The notes beneath the pieces were generated by a model, which did not search any database, was not told the origin of the DNA, and was given only the letters and a program-made list of their open reading frames with translations. From Octopus vulgaris (lineage: Eukaryota): DNA of 64,000 bases. Positions 1 to 12,240 of the stretch are shown one piece after another (positions within the stretch are counted from its first letter, which is position 1; each line of letters opens with the position of its first letter). A program made the translations under genes and the position numbers. The stretch is taken from the NCBI GenBank assembly GCA_951406725.2, contig OX597823.1:80228001-80292000 (forward strand). Reading direction: 5' to 3'.

Positions 1-225
1 TCATCCTCTTTATGTTTAGTTTTCAAAAACATACACATCAACAAGACAGCTGACATCTGTGATGTTACATAGTTTTTCTTGTCTGTCCAAACTATATCTT
101 ACCTGTTATGTTTGCATTTGGGAGACGTTTCGATGAGAAAGTTCCACTAATATTCCTGGTGTTGATATTTACGCGGAAATGCAATAGCAATGGGGTTCTC
201 TATATTTAGTTTTTGGGATGTATAC

Positions 226-435
226 TACAGTAATCTCTCAACTATTTCGGGTGTTATGTTTCAAACTCCCCCGCGGTGGGGGATCCGCGAAGTAGAACTA
301 GTACTGTACTGTATATGTTTTTTTATTATTTTTATAATTTGAATATATTATTTTATTATAAATGCAAAACAACACCACGGAGAAACAGACGTAAGCTTCA
401 ATAATAAACCGCGATATGGCGAGGGGGTTACTGTA
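226..435. mobile_element. pogo/Tigger-type MITE
   Basis: TA-flanked TIRs CAGTAATC(T/C)CTC...GAGGGGGTTACTG; homologous to 3513-3997. Confidence 0.7.
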
Positions 436-439
436 TATT

Positions 440-2055
440 GTTTTAGCAACAACGTCGTGTCGCAAATGAAGGTTGTACCTTCATGATATTTGTAGACAGT
501 TTCTGATCACATGGGTGATGTGATCTCTTCCACAGAAATGTTACATAATCGATGTTTTCGGTTGCATCTCGAGGCTCCAACAGCTTCACATCCCTTTTGC
601 TTCTTAAAAATTTTGTTGCAGTCTCCTGTTCCTGGCGTGCAAATGCATAGCCAATGAATGTGACATAGCCTTCACGAATCGAAGAAAGGTTACTCTTCAC
701 GCCATCTTCAAGTCTTCTCAAAACATACCAGCGCATGATCTTCTTTTGTTATGCTGAGCTATTCACATCCAGTTCTTCATGTAAGTTCTTTCTCCTGTTC
801 TAGAATTGTCTGGGATGTTGTCAGGCAGACTGTTCTTCCTGAAAAACTCACCGAATGCACATAAGATGTTTTCTCTTCTCTTTTCAGCACTAGGATTAAT
901 TTTTATTCTTTTATTCTTTTAGTCTTTTACTTGTTTCAGTCATCAGACTGCGGCCATGCTGGAGTGCCGCCTTTAGTCGAAGAAATCGACTGCAGGACTT
1001 ATTCTTTATAAGCCTAGTACTTATTCTATCGGTCTTTTTTGCCGAACCGCTAAGTTACGGGGACGTAAACAAACCAACATCGCTTGTCAAGTGATGGTGG
1101 GGGGACAAACATAGACAAACAAATACACACACACACACACATACACATATATATATACATACAAACTACATGATTCTTTCAGTTTCCGTCTACCAAATCC
1201 ACTCGCAAGGCTTTGGTCGGCCCGAAGCTATAGTAGAATACGCTTGCCCAAGGTGCCACACAGTGGGACTGAACCCGGCACAATGTGGATGGGAAGCAAG
1301 CTTCTTACCACACAGCCACGCCCCTTTTTTTTTTCGTTGTTGTTCCTTGACAGTCGAAGGTTGTTTGCACTGATTTTCTGTCTCTTTCACCTTCATCTCT
1401 TTTTACGTAGACCCTGTTGGTATTACCGTTTCTATGGAAGTTTCCACTTGATGTCAGAATCTTGCACGTTTTAATGTCTGTGGAGTGGTTTTACTCTACA
1501 GACCAGTCAAGTATCCCAAATACTGGTAACAGCACTGTTATTGCAAATACAGTGAGATATTGTCTGGTTGTAACAGGTGTGTTCCGACTACGATATTTTT
1601 CTATGTCTGGAGTAATATTCTTGGATCACTCTATCGTTATTCACAGTACCTTCATATGATGTTTTCATTTATAACTATGCGTTTGCAACATTCTTTGTGT
1701 GGAACAGGAGAGATAGAAAGTCTATTGATGAACATGTTTTGGGGGTTGGGGGACGGATTTTCCACGTTCAGCAATCAAATCCGAGTATTTCATTTGGCCA
1801 AATTCCATTCCTATGACAGCTGAAAATGTTATTGAAGTCCAACAGTAAACATTTTAAACGTAGGTCTTCACATCATCTACAAAGAAATTACATTGGCATC
1901 TCTGGTAGTTGCAGACCCTAGCATATAGCCATAGGATTCTTGTAGCAAAACTGATAATGGATTTAATGCCAAAATAAACAGAATTGCAGACAGACAATCT
2001 CCTTGGGATATTCCCTTTGAAATATTTTTAACATCATAGACGGTCGTTCCGCCCT
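440..2055 (-). mobile_element. Decayed non-LTR retrotransposon RT region (R4/Dong-like), interrupted by a SINE
   Basis: RT motif ISKGISQGDCLSAILFILALNPLS at about 1950-2030, followed by degenerate downstream coding sequence. SINE inserted at about 915-1322. Confidence 0.65.
915..1322 (-). mobile_element. SINE family B (tRNA-like head + CORE-like segment + internal CA/TA microsatellite)
   Basis: Head GGCTGTGTGGTAAG...GGTTCAGTCCC, then CCTTGGGCAAG and a (GAGTAAAA)n-type tail. Other copies at about 7478-7840(-), 14551-14985(+), 32040-32460(+), 43190-43600(-), 45780-46210(-), 48850-49190(-) and 58105-58510(-), plus fragments. Confidence 0.8.
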
Positions 2056-2191
2056 TATGCATGTATGTTTGTGTATATATAGTGTATATGTTCGTATGAT
2101 TGTATAAGTATATACAAATATTTATAGATATAGATAGATATACCAATATACGTACATATATATATATATACATAGAGATGTGTGCGCACAT

Positions 2192-2258
<67 letters not shown>

Positions 2259-2272
2259 CAAATCATAAGTAA

Positions 2273-2876
2273 CAGGATTTCAAGTAGTAATGCAGTAGGA
2301 CCGTTTCAAGCGATTCTATTTAATTGAAAAATGCAATCATTACATCAATTTAAATTCAGTGCTATCTTCAGCTGCACAAACATGGAACTTCAACAGACAA
2401 GATACATTAATATAATTTTTCTTAAATATTTTAACAGAGCAAAAGGATGGAAGAAATTCGTGTTGTCGCTAAGAGAACAGACTACAAATTTTTAGAGTGA
2501 CATGGAACAGAGTGCGGGGTCATAGGGTTGTATTTCACTTCCAGTTTATTTATCTCTTTGGTAAAGTGATAGATAAATTGGAAATGAATCACAACTCTAT
2601 GACCACCCACCCCCCACATTGTATTCCATGCCACTCTAAAAAATTGTAGTCTGTTCTCTTAGCTATTCTTGCTACAATAGCAACAACATGAATTTCTTCC
2701 GTCCTCTTCCTCTGTTAAAATATTTAAGATTTATTATATTGATGTATCTTGTCTGTTGAAGTTCCATATTTGTGCAGCTGAAGATAGCGCTATATTTAAT
2801 TTGATGTAATGATCGCATTTTTCTATTAAATGGAGCCGCCTCAGACGGTCGTACTGCTTTACTACTTGAAATCCTG
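2273..2876. repeat. About 600-bp imperfect foldback inverted repeat next to (TA)n
   Basis: CAGGATTTCAAGTAGTAA... at 2273 is the reverse complement of ...TTACTACTTGAAATCCTG ending at 2876. Arms are about 280-300 bp, centred near 2560. Confidence 0.85.
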
Positions 2877-2955
2877 AGAATATATAAATCCAAGATGAAC
2901 TAAAATGCACCATAGCCTGATTATGACTTAGGTGGCCGAAATTACGAAGTCTCTG

Positions 2956-3291
2956 TCAACAATAATAAGCCGGAAGGGGAATCATAGACCTAAAAACCCG
3001 AACTTTTATCCTCCTGTTCAGATATCGGTAGCGCCAAACAACCTTGTCCAATGAGTCCACAACTGCACCAGCATGTCCAAGTCTTTTCAGAACTTCAGAC
3101 TCGCAGCTAATGCCGCTATGAATCTCACTACTGTGATAAATGACTTGGTCCACAGCTTCGACATTTTCAACCGCAACAGAAATAGACGATGTGAAGTTCA
3201 CCAAGAAGCCAACGAAAGACTGAATATTTGTATTGACCCAAGATACTTTAAAGCCAAATAGCTCTGCTTCCTCGCTCAACAAAAGGAGCAA
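2956..3291 (-). mobile_element. RTE-clade LINE reverse transcriptase fragment
   Basis: EEAELFGFKVSWVNTNIQ...VEAVDQVIYHSS.I...CESEVLKRLG...VWRYRYLNRRIKVRVFRS resembles the degenerate RT C-terminal and thumb region of RTE elements. Confidence 0.7.
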
Positions 3292-3512
3292 TCACGCTAA
3301 CAGATTCGATTCGTTTCAATGTGAATGGAGTAAATGTTACTGAGAAGCTATAACGATAGCGAAATATTGATTTCTATCATTATCGTTTACCTCAAGCGAG
3401 TTGCCTCGCCTGCCTAGGACAGTCAGTATACTTTAACACCGGTGTTGAGTAGGAAGCTTTGCCAGGACGCTATACCGCAGCAAACTGGCGTATAAACAAA
3501 AATTAAAACACA

Positions 3513-3997
3513 TACAGTAATCCCTCGACTATCGCGGATATTATGTTCCAAACTCCGCGATAGGTGAACATCCGCGAAGTAGAAGCAGTACTATACTGTA
3601 TTTGTTTTTGCTGTTTTTATTCTATATATTTATTTTATTATAAATGCAAAACAACACCATACACTCGCCTCCCGAGTTCCGTTTTCCATACAGTGTGTGC
3701 GATTCTTTGTTTACTCATCTATAGTATACTAAATATTTTCTTTTAATATATTTTAATTAATGTGTTATATAGTGCAGTAAGGTACTGTATTTATATTTAT
3801 TATTTTTTTTTTTATTTTTAGACGTGAAATGCTTAATTTACTACAGAAATGATTAAAATCTAAAATAATATAAATACCTATCGGTCGCAGAATGTACTGA
3901 GAAGTCCACGATATAAATTTACATATATTAACCAGAAAAATCCGCGATGTACTGGGAGCGCGATAGATGAACCGCGATATGGCGAGTGATTACTGTA
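3513..3997. mobile_element. pogo/Tigger-type MITE
   Basis: TA + CAGTAATCCCTCG ... CGAGTGATTACTG + TA; same family as 226-435. Confidence 0.75.
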
Positions 3998-4316
3998 CAT
4001 TATGTATGTGCAACGGTTAATGTTTACGTTATTAGAACTGCCTTTAATTCGCAACTTAATACATACATACTTACATACATACATACATATACGTGTGTGT
4101 GTTGTGTTATTTACCTAGAAATTATTTTCTATTCGAATTCTTTTGTTATTACAAAGACTAAAATTTGTTATTACAAAGACTAAAATTTACTTTCCCATAC
4201 AGTCTGTGTGTAATCCTCAATGTTTAAATAAGACTTGAAAATCCTCGTACAAAATGCCAGTCTCTATATAAAATAGTTTTAAATGTACTACCAATATTCA
4301 GTCCTTTTCGGCAGTT

Positions 4317-4713
4317 AGATAGATAGATAGATAGACAGACAGAAAGATGAATAGATAGATAGATAGATAGTTAGATGGATGGACGGGCGGATGGATAGAT
4401 AGATAGATAGGTAGGTAGGTAGGTAGATAGATAGGTAGATAGATAGATAGACAGGTAGACATAGATAGGTAGATAGATAGATAGACAGGTAGACATAGAT
4501 AGGTAGGTAGATAGATAGACAGGTAGACATAGATAGGTAGGTAGACATAGATAGGTAGGTAGACAGATAGACAGGTAGACATAGATAGACAGGTAGACAG
4601 ATAGATAGGTAGATAGATAGATAGATAGACAGGTAGGTAGGTAGATAGACAGGTAGACAGAGATAGATAGGTAGGTAGGTAGATAGATAGACAGGTAGAC
4701 AGAGATAGGTAGG

Positions 4714-4763
<50 letters not shown>
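4317..4763 (+). repeat. Compound (GATA/GACA/GGTA)n microsatellite
   Basis: Directly visible; explains the spurious YLSI-type ORFs. Confidence 0.95.
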
Positions 4764-4764
<1 letters not shown>

Positions 4765-5225
4765 CGATATTGCAGGAGTGTGCACAGTTACGAAAGAAAT
4801 GCACATATCTCAGAAGATGAAAGCCATCTCATATTACTAATGATCAATAATGATATCTCTACATTGAATAATACAATAATCCGGCTTATTCTTATTTTGG
4901 ATCTTCAAATTTATTTGTGTCTATTCTCAAGTCATGTAATCATTCTCTCAAACAAGATATACCAATCGAAAATACACTCGGTTCTACATCACGAAAACTG
5001 GAATGTTTAGACATATAAATACTGATCTAAACTTTTAAATTCCGCCCACTAAATGGTTTAACCTGCTTAGTTTGACTCCCGCCACCGCTGCTGCCAAAAG
5101 TTAATGTGACAGTGCACATTGCGTCTACATAATATTTGAACACGCAACACTTGTTAAGTGAGATGACCACCTACAACATATTTTAACAGTCTGCCGTTTC
5201 GTTCTCAATATCAGTATTACCCTCG

Positions 5226-5620
5226 AGGCGGCGAGCTGGCAGAAATGGTAGCACGCCGGGCGAAATGTTGAGCGGTATTTCGTCTGTCGTTACGTTCTGA
5301 GTTCAAATTCCGCCGAGGTCGACTTTACCTTTCATCCTTTTGGGGTCTATAAATTAAGTACCAGTTACGTACTGGGGTCGATGTAATCGACTTAATACCT
5401 ATGTCTGTCCTTGTTTGTCCCCTCTGTGTTTAGCCCCTTGTGGGTAATAAAGAAATAGGTATTTCGTCTGCCGTTACGTTCGGAGTTCAAATTCCATCGG
5501 AGTCCACTTTGCCTTTCATCCCTTTCAGAGTCAATAAAATAAGTACCGTTTGAGTACTGCGGACAATGTAATCGACTCATGCCCTTTCCCAGACTTGTTG
5601 CCCTTGTTACAAAATTTAAA
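5226..5620 (+). mobile_element. SINE family A (tRNA-derived; GCCTTTCATCCTTTCGGGGTCGATAAA central domain), dimeric copy
   Basis: A box GAGCTGGCAGAA..GTTAG, B box GAGTTCAAATTC, central domain resembling the Meta/Sauria-type SINE domain. Other copies at about 5932-6125(+), 6170-6580(-), 8520-8690(-), 11153-11634(+, x2), 12707-12941(-), 13370-13590(-), 17385-17600(+), 23178-23405(-), 24848-25270(+), 36895-37127(-), 38640-38845(-), 48530-48750(+), 52735-53320(+, degenerate) and 57065-57290(+). Confidence 0.85.
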
Positions 5621-7034
5621 ATCAATATTAGCATTACCTTCAGGTGATTTTTTTTTATTACGCTCAGGGGGCTATACAAAGAATGGGACAATACAAGAGG
5701 TGACAAACATAAACTCGGGGAACTTAAAAATACAAAAAGAAGATGAAATAAGAAGAAAAAATAAAAGAAACGAATGAAAATATGAAAGAGTATAAAATAA
5801 GGCGCAATGCCCCTTCGCAATGCCCACTCGGCCCAGAAGTCGAGTGGTTACATTTAGACAGTTTTTTTTTTCTTTTTCATAAATGAATAACTATTTTAAT
5901 AGTCTTTTTTTTTTTTCTTAGCATTACCTTTAGGGCGGCGAGCTAGCAGAATCGTTGGCATGTCGGGAAAAATGCTTAGCGGCATTTCATCCGTCTGCGT
6001 GTTCTGAGTTCAAATTCCACCGAAATGGACTTTGCCTCTCATCCCTTTCGGGGTCGATAATTACTGAGGGCAATGTAATCGACATACCCCTCCCCTAAAC
6101 TTCTGCCAAAATTTGAAACCAATATTAAACTTCATAATTTAATGTTCTATCGTTTGTTCTTTTATCATTTATTATTTATTTCCCACAGGGGGCTAAACAC
6201 AGAGGACAAACAAGGACAGACAAACGGATTTAGTCGATTACATCGACCCCAGTGCGTAACTGGTACTTATTTAATCGACCCCGAAAGGATGAAAGGCAAA
6301 GTCGACCTCGGCGGAATTTTTACTCAGAACGTAATGGCAGAGGAAATACCTATTTCTTTATTACCCACAAGGGGCTAAACATAGAGGGGACAAACAAGGA
6401 CAGACATAGGTATTAAGTCGATTACATCGACCCCAGTGCGTAACTGGTACTTAATTCATCGACTCCGAAAGGATGAAAGGCAAAGTCGACCTCGGCGGGA
6501 TTTGAACTCAAAACGTAACGACAGACGAAATACCGCAAAGCATTTCGCCCGACGCGCTAACGTTTCTGCTAGCTCGCCGCCCTTTTACCATTTATTATTG
6601 CTGTTGTTAAAGTGGTGATCTGGCCTCGGACAAAATTCTTAGTGGCATCTCTTCTTACTCGTTACTTTCTAGGTTTAAATTCCACAAAATCAACTTTGAC
6701 ATTGATCCTTTTGGGATGGATAAAATAAAGTATCAGTCAATTAATGGGACCGATGTAATCGACTTGCCCATTTCCCTCAAAACTTCAGGCCGTATACCAA
6801 GATTAAAATGAATTATTGCTGTTGTTGTTGATGCCTATGATAGTTTTGATAATACAGACCAAAGGATCAAATGCATTCCAACCATGCACATCACACCTAT
6901 TCAGATTCAGTGTAATTATGACTCTGTAATCCAGCGAGTTCTTTCTTTAATAAGAATGTAAGATGCTATAAGAATGATTTGGACCGCTATTTCTAACAGA
7001 TAGACTGACCACGTACCAATTCCTCCATTAGCTT

Positions 7035-7345
7035 ATATTGTTTGTTCCTTCTCGAGTCACACCTGGCTCATTAAGGCCGGTTTCCCGGTTTCCTTGGCGT
7101 ATAGGTTCCCCACCTGGACGGGATGCCGGTCAGTCGCAGATGAGCTGCAAGATGCAGGAGGAAAGAGTAAGAGAAAGTTGTGGCCAAAGAGTCAGCAGAA
7201 GTTCGCCATCACCTTCTGCCGGAGCCGCGTGGAGCTTAGGTGTTTCGCTCATAAACACACACATCGCCAGGCCTGAGATTTGAACCCGCGATCCCTCGAC
7301 TGCGAGTCCACTGCTCTAACCACTAGGCTATGTGACTCCACCATT
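7035..7345 (-). mobile_element. SINE family C (tRNA-Arg-like head GGAGGCGCAATGGCCCAGTGGTTAG...GGTTTCGATTCC)
   Basis: tRNA A and B boxes. Copies or relatives at about 9335-9530(+), 13925-14240(+), 15200-15500(-), 31160-31545(-), 32810-33115(-), 37330-37620(+), 37770-37960(-), 44820-45145(-), 51120-51680(+, two) and 60932-61215(+). Resembles octopus OR-type SINEs from recall, not verified. Confidence 0.75.
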
Positions 7346-7651
7346 AGTGTATATAAGCACCATGAACATACTGTTTTTGTCGTATTCAGTTACACTATTA
7401 CTCAATAACATCATGGTGTTAAGCCACAGCAAAATTTTCTTCAGCAACGTTAATATAACATTCCTTTGTGGTAAGTCATGTGACCATGCTGGAGCACCGC
7501 CTCTAGTCGAGAAAATCGACCCCAGGACTTATTCTTTGTAAGCCTAGTACTTATTTTGTCTATCAATTTTGCCGAACCGCTAAGTGACGGGGACGTAAAC
7601 ACACCACCATCGGTTGTCAAGCGATGTTGGTGGGGCAAACACAGACACACA

Positions 7652-7683
<32 letters not shown>

Positions 7684-9205
7684 CGACTGGCTTCTTTCAG
7701 TTTCCCTCTACCAAATTCACTCACAAGGCTTTGGTCGACCTGAGGCTATAGTAGAAGACACTTGCCCAAGGTGCCACGCAGTGAGACTGAACCCGGAGCC
7801 ATGTGGTTCGTAGCAAGCTACTTACCACACAGCCACTCCTTAGCCTATAGTTATGGAATTTAATATGACTTCCAAAAGTAAAAAAAAAACTTCCAATGAC
7901 AACTGTATTACTTGCATGAACTCTTTACTGTATGGCTGCTATAAAGGACTGGAACTTATTGCAGATATCAGCATCGTTCGAGTTTAGAATAAAATACTTT
8001 ACGTTTTAGAATAGAATCCTGCACAATTAGAGCATCGGCTAGATTGTTTTGCATTGATCGTTCAGGCACTCTAAGTTCGAATCTTGCTGTAGTCAACTTT
8101 ACCTTTCATCTTTTCAAAATTGATAGATAAAATACCACCGGTTTTGGGATAGATTCTTCTGCAAAGAGAAGAAATCCAGTGTGTTCAGACTTGGAAAGGA
8201 TGGGCTCCACTAGGTTTTTAAGACATTACTCATGCAACGACAGCATCCCTTCAGCTCCACCATGAGTTAAGGATTCAAGGCAAAGCAAGGCAAAATAGAG
8301 TACCAGTCAAATATAGTAACCTATCTAATCAGTTTAAGCAACCCCAAAATTCCCCGAGCAAGGGAATGTCGAATTAGAAACGGTAAAGTATCGGATTACA
8401 ACGCTTCATGCTCTGAGTTCAAATAACATCAGTGTTGACTTTATTATTTTCTTTCTTACTCCCTTTGATTCATAAAGTAGATACCAGTAATATATTGGTT
8501 TCAAATTTTGACACAAAGTCAGCAATTTTGGGATGGATTTATGTCGATTGCATTCATCCCAATGCTCAATTGCTGCTTATTTTATCAACCCCGAAAGGAT
8601 GAAAAGAAAGTCGACCTCGGCGGAATTTGAACTCCGAACGTAAAGATAGACGAAATGCCACTAAGCATCTTGCCCGATGTACTAATTATTCTTTGAACCA
8701 CTAATATATTAATATTTGATTCAACTGTCCATTCAGCTGTAAATTTTGCACTTTCTTTTTTTTTGTTTTACAAAACTGAAACCTTATACCAAATTTAGAC
8801 ATTAGTATCTTTCTCATCTCATAAGCGACAAACTAAATGCATTCTAGTTTAAGTGTTTGGTTTTGAGATCACCGACTACCAGCTGTGAAATTTATTATTC
8901 GTCTCCTAACACTGGTTTCCTGTTGCATTCATGATCGTTTGAACGGACCAGTGCATTACATCGTCACTGCAACACACGCGTGTGTACTCAGTGTCGACGC
9001 AGCTTAAACCATAAGTCTTTTATCAGCTTCCAGGACTGAGTTCATTTTATCTTGGAAGTGTATCTTAGATAATGCTGAGCTCAGTCAATCTGATTTGTAC
9101 TAGATAAGCTATATAGTGATGAAGCCTTTAACCTTTCCTCCACAACTCAAAGACTTTCTCTGCGCTGCTACATTTAGCTTCACCTTTCTTCGTATTGTGT
9201 TCAAA

Positions 9206-10012
9206 TACAGTGGAACTTCGGTTTACGAAAGCCTCTCATCGCGAACAAATCAGTAAACGAACAATTTTAACATGAATGTCTTGGGTAATGAACGGCGTCT
9301 CAAATAACGAACACGCAGGCCGGCAACAACAGTTGAGGAGGCGCAATGGCTCAGTGGTTAGGGCAGAGGACTCGCGGGCGTAAAAATGCAGTTTCGATTC
9401 CCAGGCCGGACATTGTGAGTGTTTATTGAGTAAAAACACCAAAGCTCCACGAGGCTCCGGCGGGGTAGGGGTGGCGGTGAACCCCGCTGTACTCTCTCAC
9501 CACAATTTTCTCTCACTCTTTCTTCCTATTTCTGCCATAAAGCAGAGGAACCATGGTGTAACCCACTAGTGTGAGGTAAACTTTCTGACCCTGGTCTTGA
9601 TTGCGAATCCTCTGTACCCCATGATGGTTCAGGTTTCCACCCGTTAAAAGCCACCGTTTACGGAATGAGGATAACAAGGTAGCTTTCGCGCCTGTGGAAC
9701 CGCCAGTCTACCGTGTGTGATGAGTGGATCTTCAAGTTGCCACGCGCATTCTTAGTAGCTTAGTGTAGGCTCGAATTAGAGATTATTCTTTGTGGCTAAT
9801 GGCGTGAGTCATGATTGGAAGAAGAAGGCAATAGTTGACGTAGAACTGGGAGTATCAACGGTAGAACGTCAGTTACTGTCTAACTTTAGCTCAGTGAACA
9901 TCCCTGTTCGAGTTTGCTATGTCTTCTTTCGAATTTCCTATGGGAAAAAGAGTTTCGGTTTACGAACGGCCTTCAAGAACGAATTGAATTCTTAAATCAA
10001 GGTTCCACAGTA
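9206..10012. mobile_element. Tigger/pogo-like non-autonomous DNA transposon with nested SINE
   Basis: TA-CAGTGGAACTTCGGTTTACGAA ... TTCTTAAATCAAGGTTCCACAG-TA imperfect TIRs. Family C SINE at about 9335-9530 lies inside. Confidence 0.6.
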
Positions 10013-11136
10013 TTACGGATGTCAGAGTCGCCCATAGCCTACCACAATACCTTCCCAAATAAAACAAGCATAGCGCAAATGAACTAACATTCTATGGAAA
10101 TATATGCTCATTTATTTCGAGTCCCTAGTGCTTATTTATTGACCGCGGAAAATGAAAGCCAAAGTTGACTTGCGTAGAATTTGAACTCAGAATAAAAAGG
10201 ATCATAACTAAATACTGCAAGATTTCTTTGTGTGGTGCCTTACTGGTTCTATTACTCCATGATACAACTGATGAATACTGAAACATTTTGAACTAAGAGA
10301 AGAGGTTATGAGATACGATGTAGAAGAAATAATAAGAAAGAGAGCACGAGAGAGAGAAGAAAAGATAGCTAGGTGTGTTTTAGTTATTTATCAGCAAAAT
10401 TCCATCTTTGATACAGAAACTAACTCGTGTACTTCAGTGACGGTCCTAACGATGGAACGATTTAATTAAAATGTAATCTAAACGGCATAAAAATCACGCC
10501 TACGAACAAACATACGTATTCACACCCACTTCTGTGCATATACAGATACGTATAAATAGACAAACCAGCGCAAAAGAAATGTGTGTAATTTGCAGTTAGA
10601 CTTTGTGCAATGGACTGTACACAAGGCGAGAGTGGTTGTGAGAATGAAGTGCTGAAATTATTCGGTGAATTATTCCGAAAAAAAGCGAGCAAAATAGTGA
10701 ATATGCACTTGGTTTTTAAGCCGATTCAATGATGTATGCAAAATAATAACGGCCTATTGTCAATTTTGTTACATCGATAAAAGGTTCGGTCAAAGACTGT
10801 CTTCGTTCTCTTGCACTAGATCATACAAATAAACGCAATACCAACAGAAAGATATATAGATCTTGAAACAGGAAAAAAAAGCAAAATAAAAGAGAGAAAA
10901 GGGGGGGATTTGGGTAATAAATGGATATACTGCATCAATGAGTATTATTTTCGTGCACATATTGTTCAACGCCTACACAAATTGATAAAGTGCGTTCAAC
11001 TTTCTCTCGATGCCAATAAACACAGCTATATTGCCCGAAACCCACACATTCATCTCTTGAAAATTATTAGCCTATTTCACACACACGCGCGCGCATGCAT
11101 GCCCACAGAGCTCCGATCTGAGAGGATACTTGTCAT

Positions 11137-11650
11137 GGTATTTAAGAGAAGTAAGGCGGCGAGCTGGCAGAAACGTTACCACGCCGGGCAAAATGCGTAG
11201 TCGTATTTCGTCTGTCGTTACGTTCTGAGTTCAAATTCCGCCGAGGTCGACTTTGTCTTTCATCCTTTCGGGGTCGATAAATTAAGTACCAGTTACGCAC
11301 TGGGGTCGATGTAATCGACTTAATACCTATGTCTGTCCTTGTTTGTCCCCTCTGTGTTTAGCCCCTTGTGGGTAATAAAGAAATAGGTATTTAAGAGAAG
11401 TAAGGCGGCGAGCTGGCAGAAACGTTACCACGCCGGGCGAAATGCGTAGCCGTATTTCGTCTGCCGTTACGTTCTGAGTTCAAATTCCACCGAGGTCGAC
11501 TTTGCCTTTCATCTTTTAGGGGTCGATTAAATAAATACCAGTTACGCACTGGAGTCAATATAATCGGCTTAATCCGTTTGTCTGTCCTTGCTCGTCCCCT
11601 CTGTGTTTAGCCCCTTGTGGGTAGTAAAGAAATAGGTATTTAAGAGAAGT
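11137..11650 (+). repeat. Two head-to-tail family-A SINEs with a triplicated 16-bp flank
   Basis: GGTATTTAAGAGAAGT at 11137, 11386 and 11635 (249-bp period). Confidence 0.9.
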
Positions 11651-11899
11651 CAGTCATTGTTTAAAAAATAATGCCGAACTACAGAAAGTAATTTATATTA
11701 AAAGTTGTACACATAATTAATTGTGTCTATTTATTTGTACGGCACAGTGATATATGTAATAAGCGTATCAATGAAAACTTTTCACAACATCCTTGAAATA
11801 AGGTAGATTGGTATTTGACGGGTTTAAATTGACCTCACTCCCAGCTCTACAGAAATATAATTCTAGAAACTCGAAACAACTTGCTGGTGCAAATTCAAT

Positions 11900-12240
11900 G
11901 AGTCGAAAAACTCCGCATGCAGAATACCAGTAGATTTCAGGGGTCATCATGAGAGAATGCGCACCGCTTCGAGGCCTTCCTCTCGACAGCGCGCCGGCTC
12001 TCCTCACTGACGCGAAGTCCTACCTATTGTTTTAACTGACTAGTGTTCCACCTCAAGTTCATTGCGGGATCATCACCCTTCCAGCCAGGTTTCATCATTC
12101 TTTTTCAGTTATGACTGGTCCTCTCAACTGGCGGTTAATGGTGATAGAACTCTTTTCATAATTGAGAATCCTACCATTTCGATCGAAATCCTTACTCTGC
12201 TCATACACATTCTATAAGTTTTGTGATTCTTGATGACACA
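11900..12240 (-). mobile_element. Possible highly decayed Tc1-like transposase N-terminal fragment
   Basis: YEQSKDFDRNGRIL and RRAGALSRGRPR resemble Tc1 paired-like HTH segments; many stops and frameshifts. Confidence 0.3.

Noticed and set aside
4298-4806. YLSI-repeat ORFs, and similar MHTY/CMYV and THTH ORFs at 37.9-38.5, 40.8-41.1 and 50.3-50.7 kb
   Set aside because: Translations of microsatellites.
10440-11100. Non-repetitive stretch that might be a promoter or first exon of another gene
   Set aside because: No supportable ORF, splice pattern or recognisable motif.
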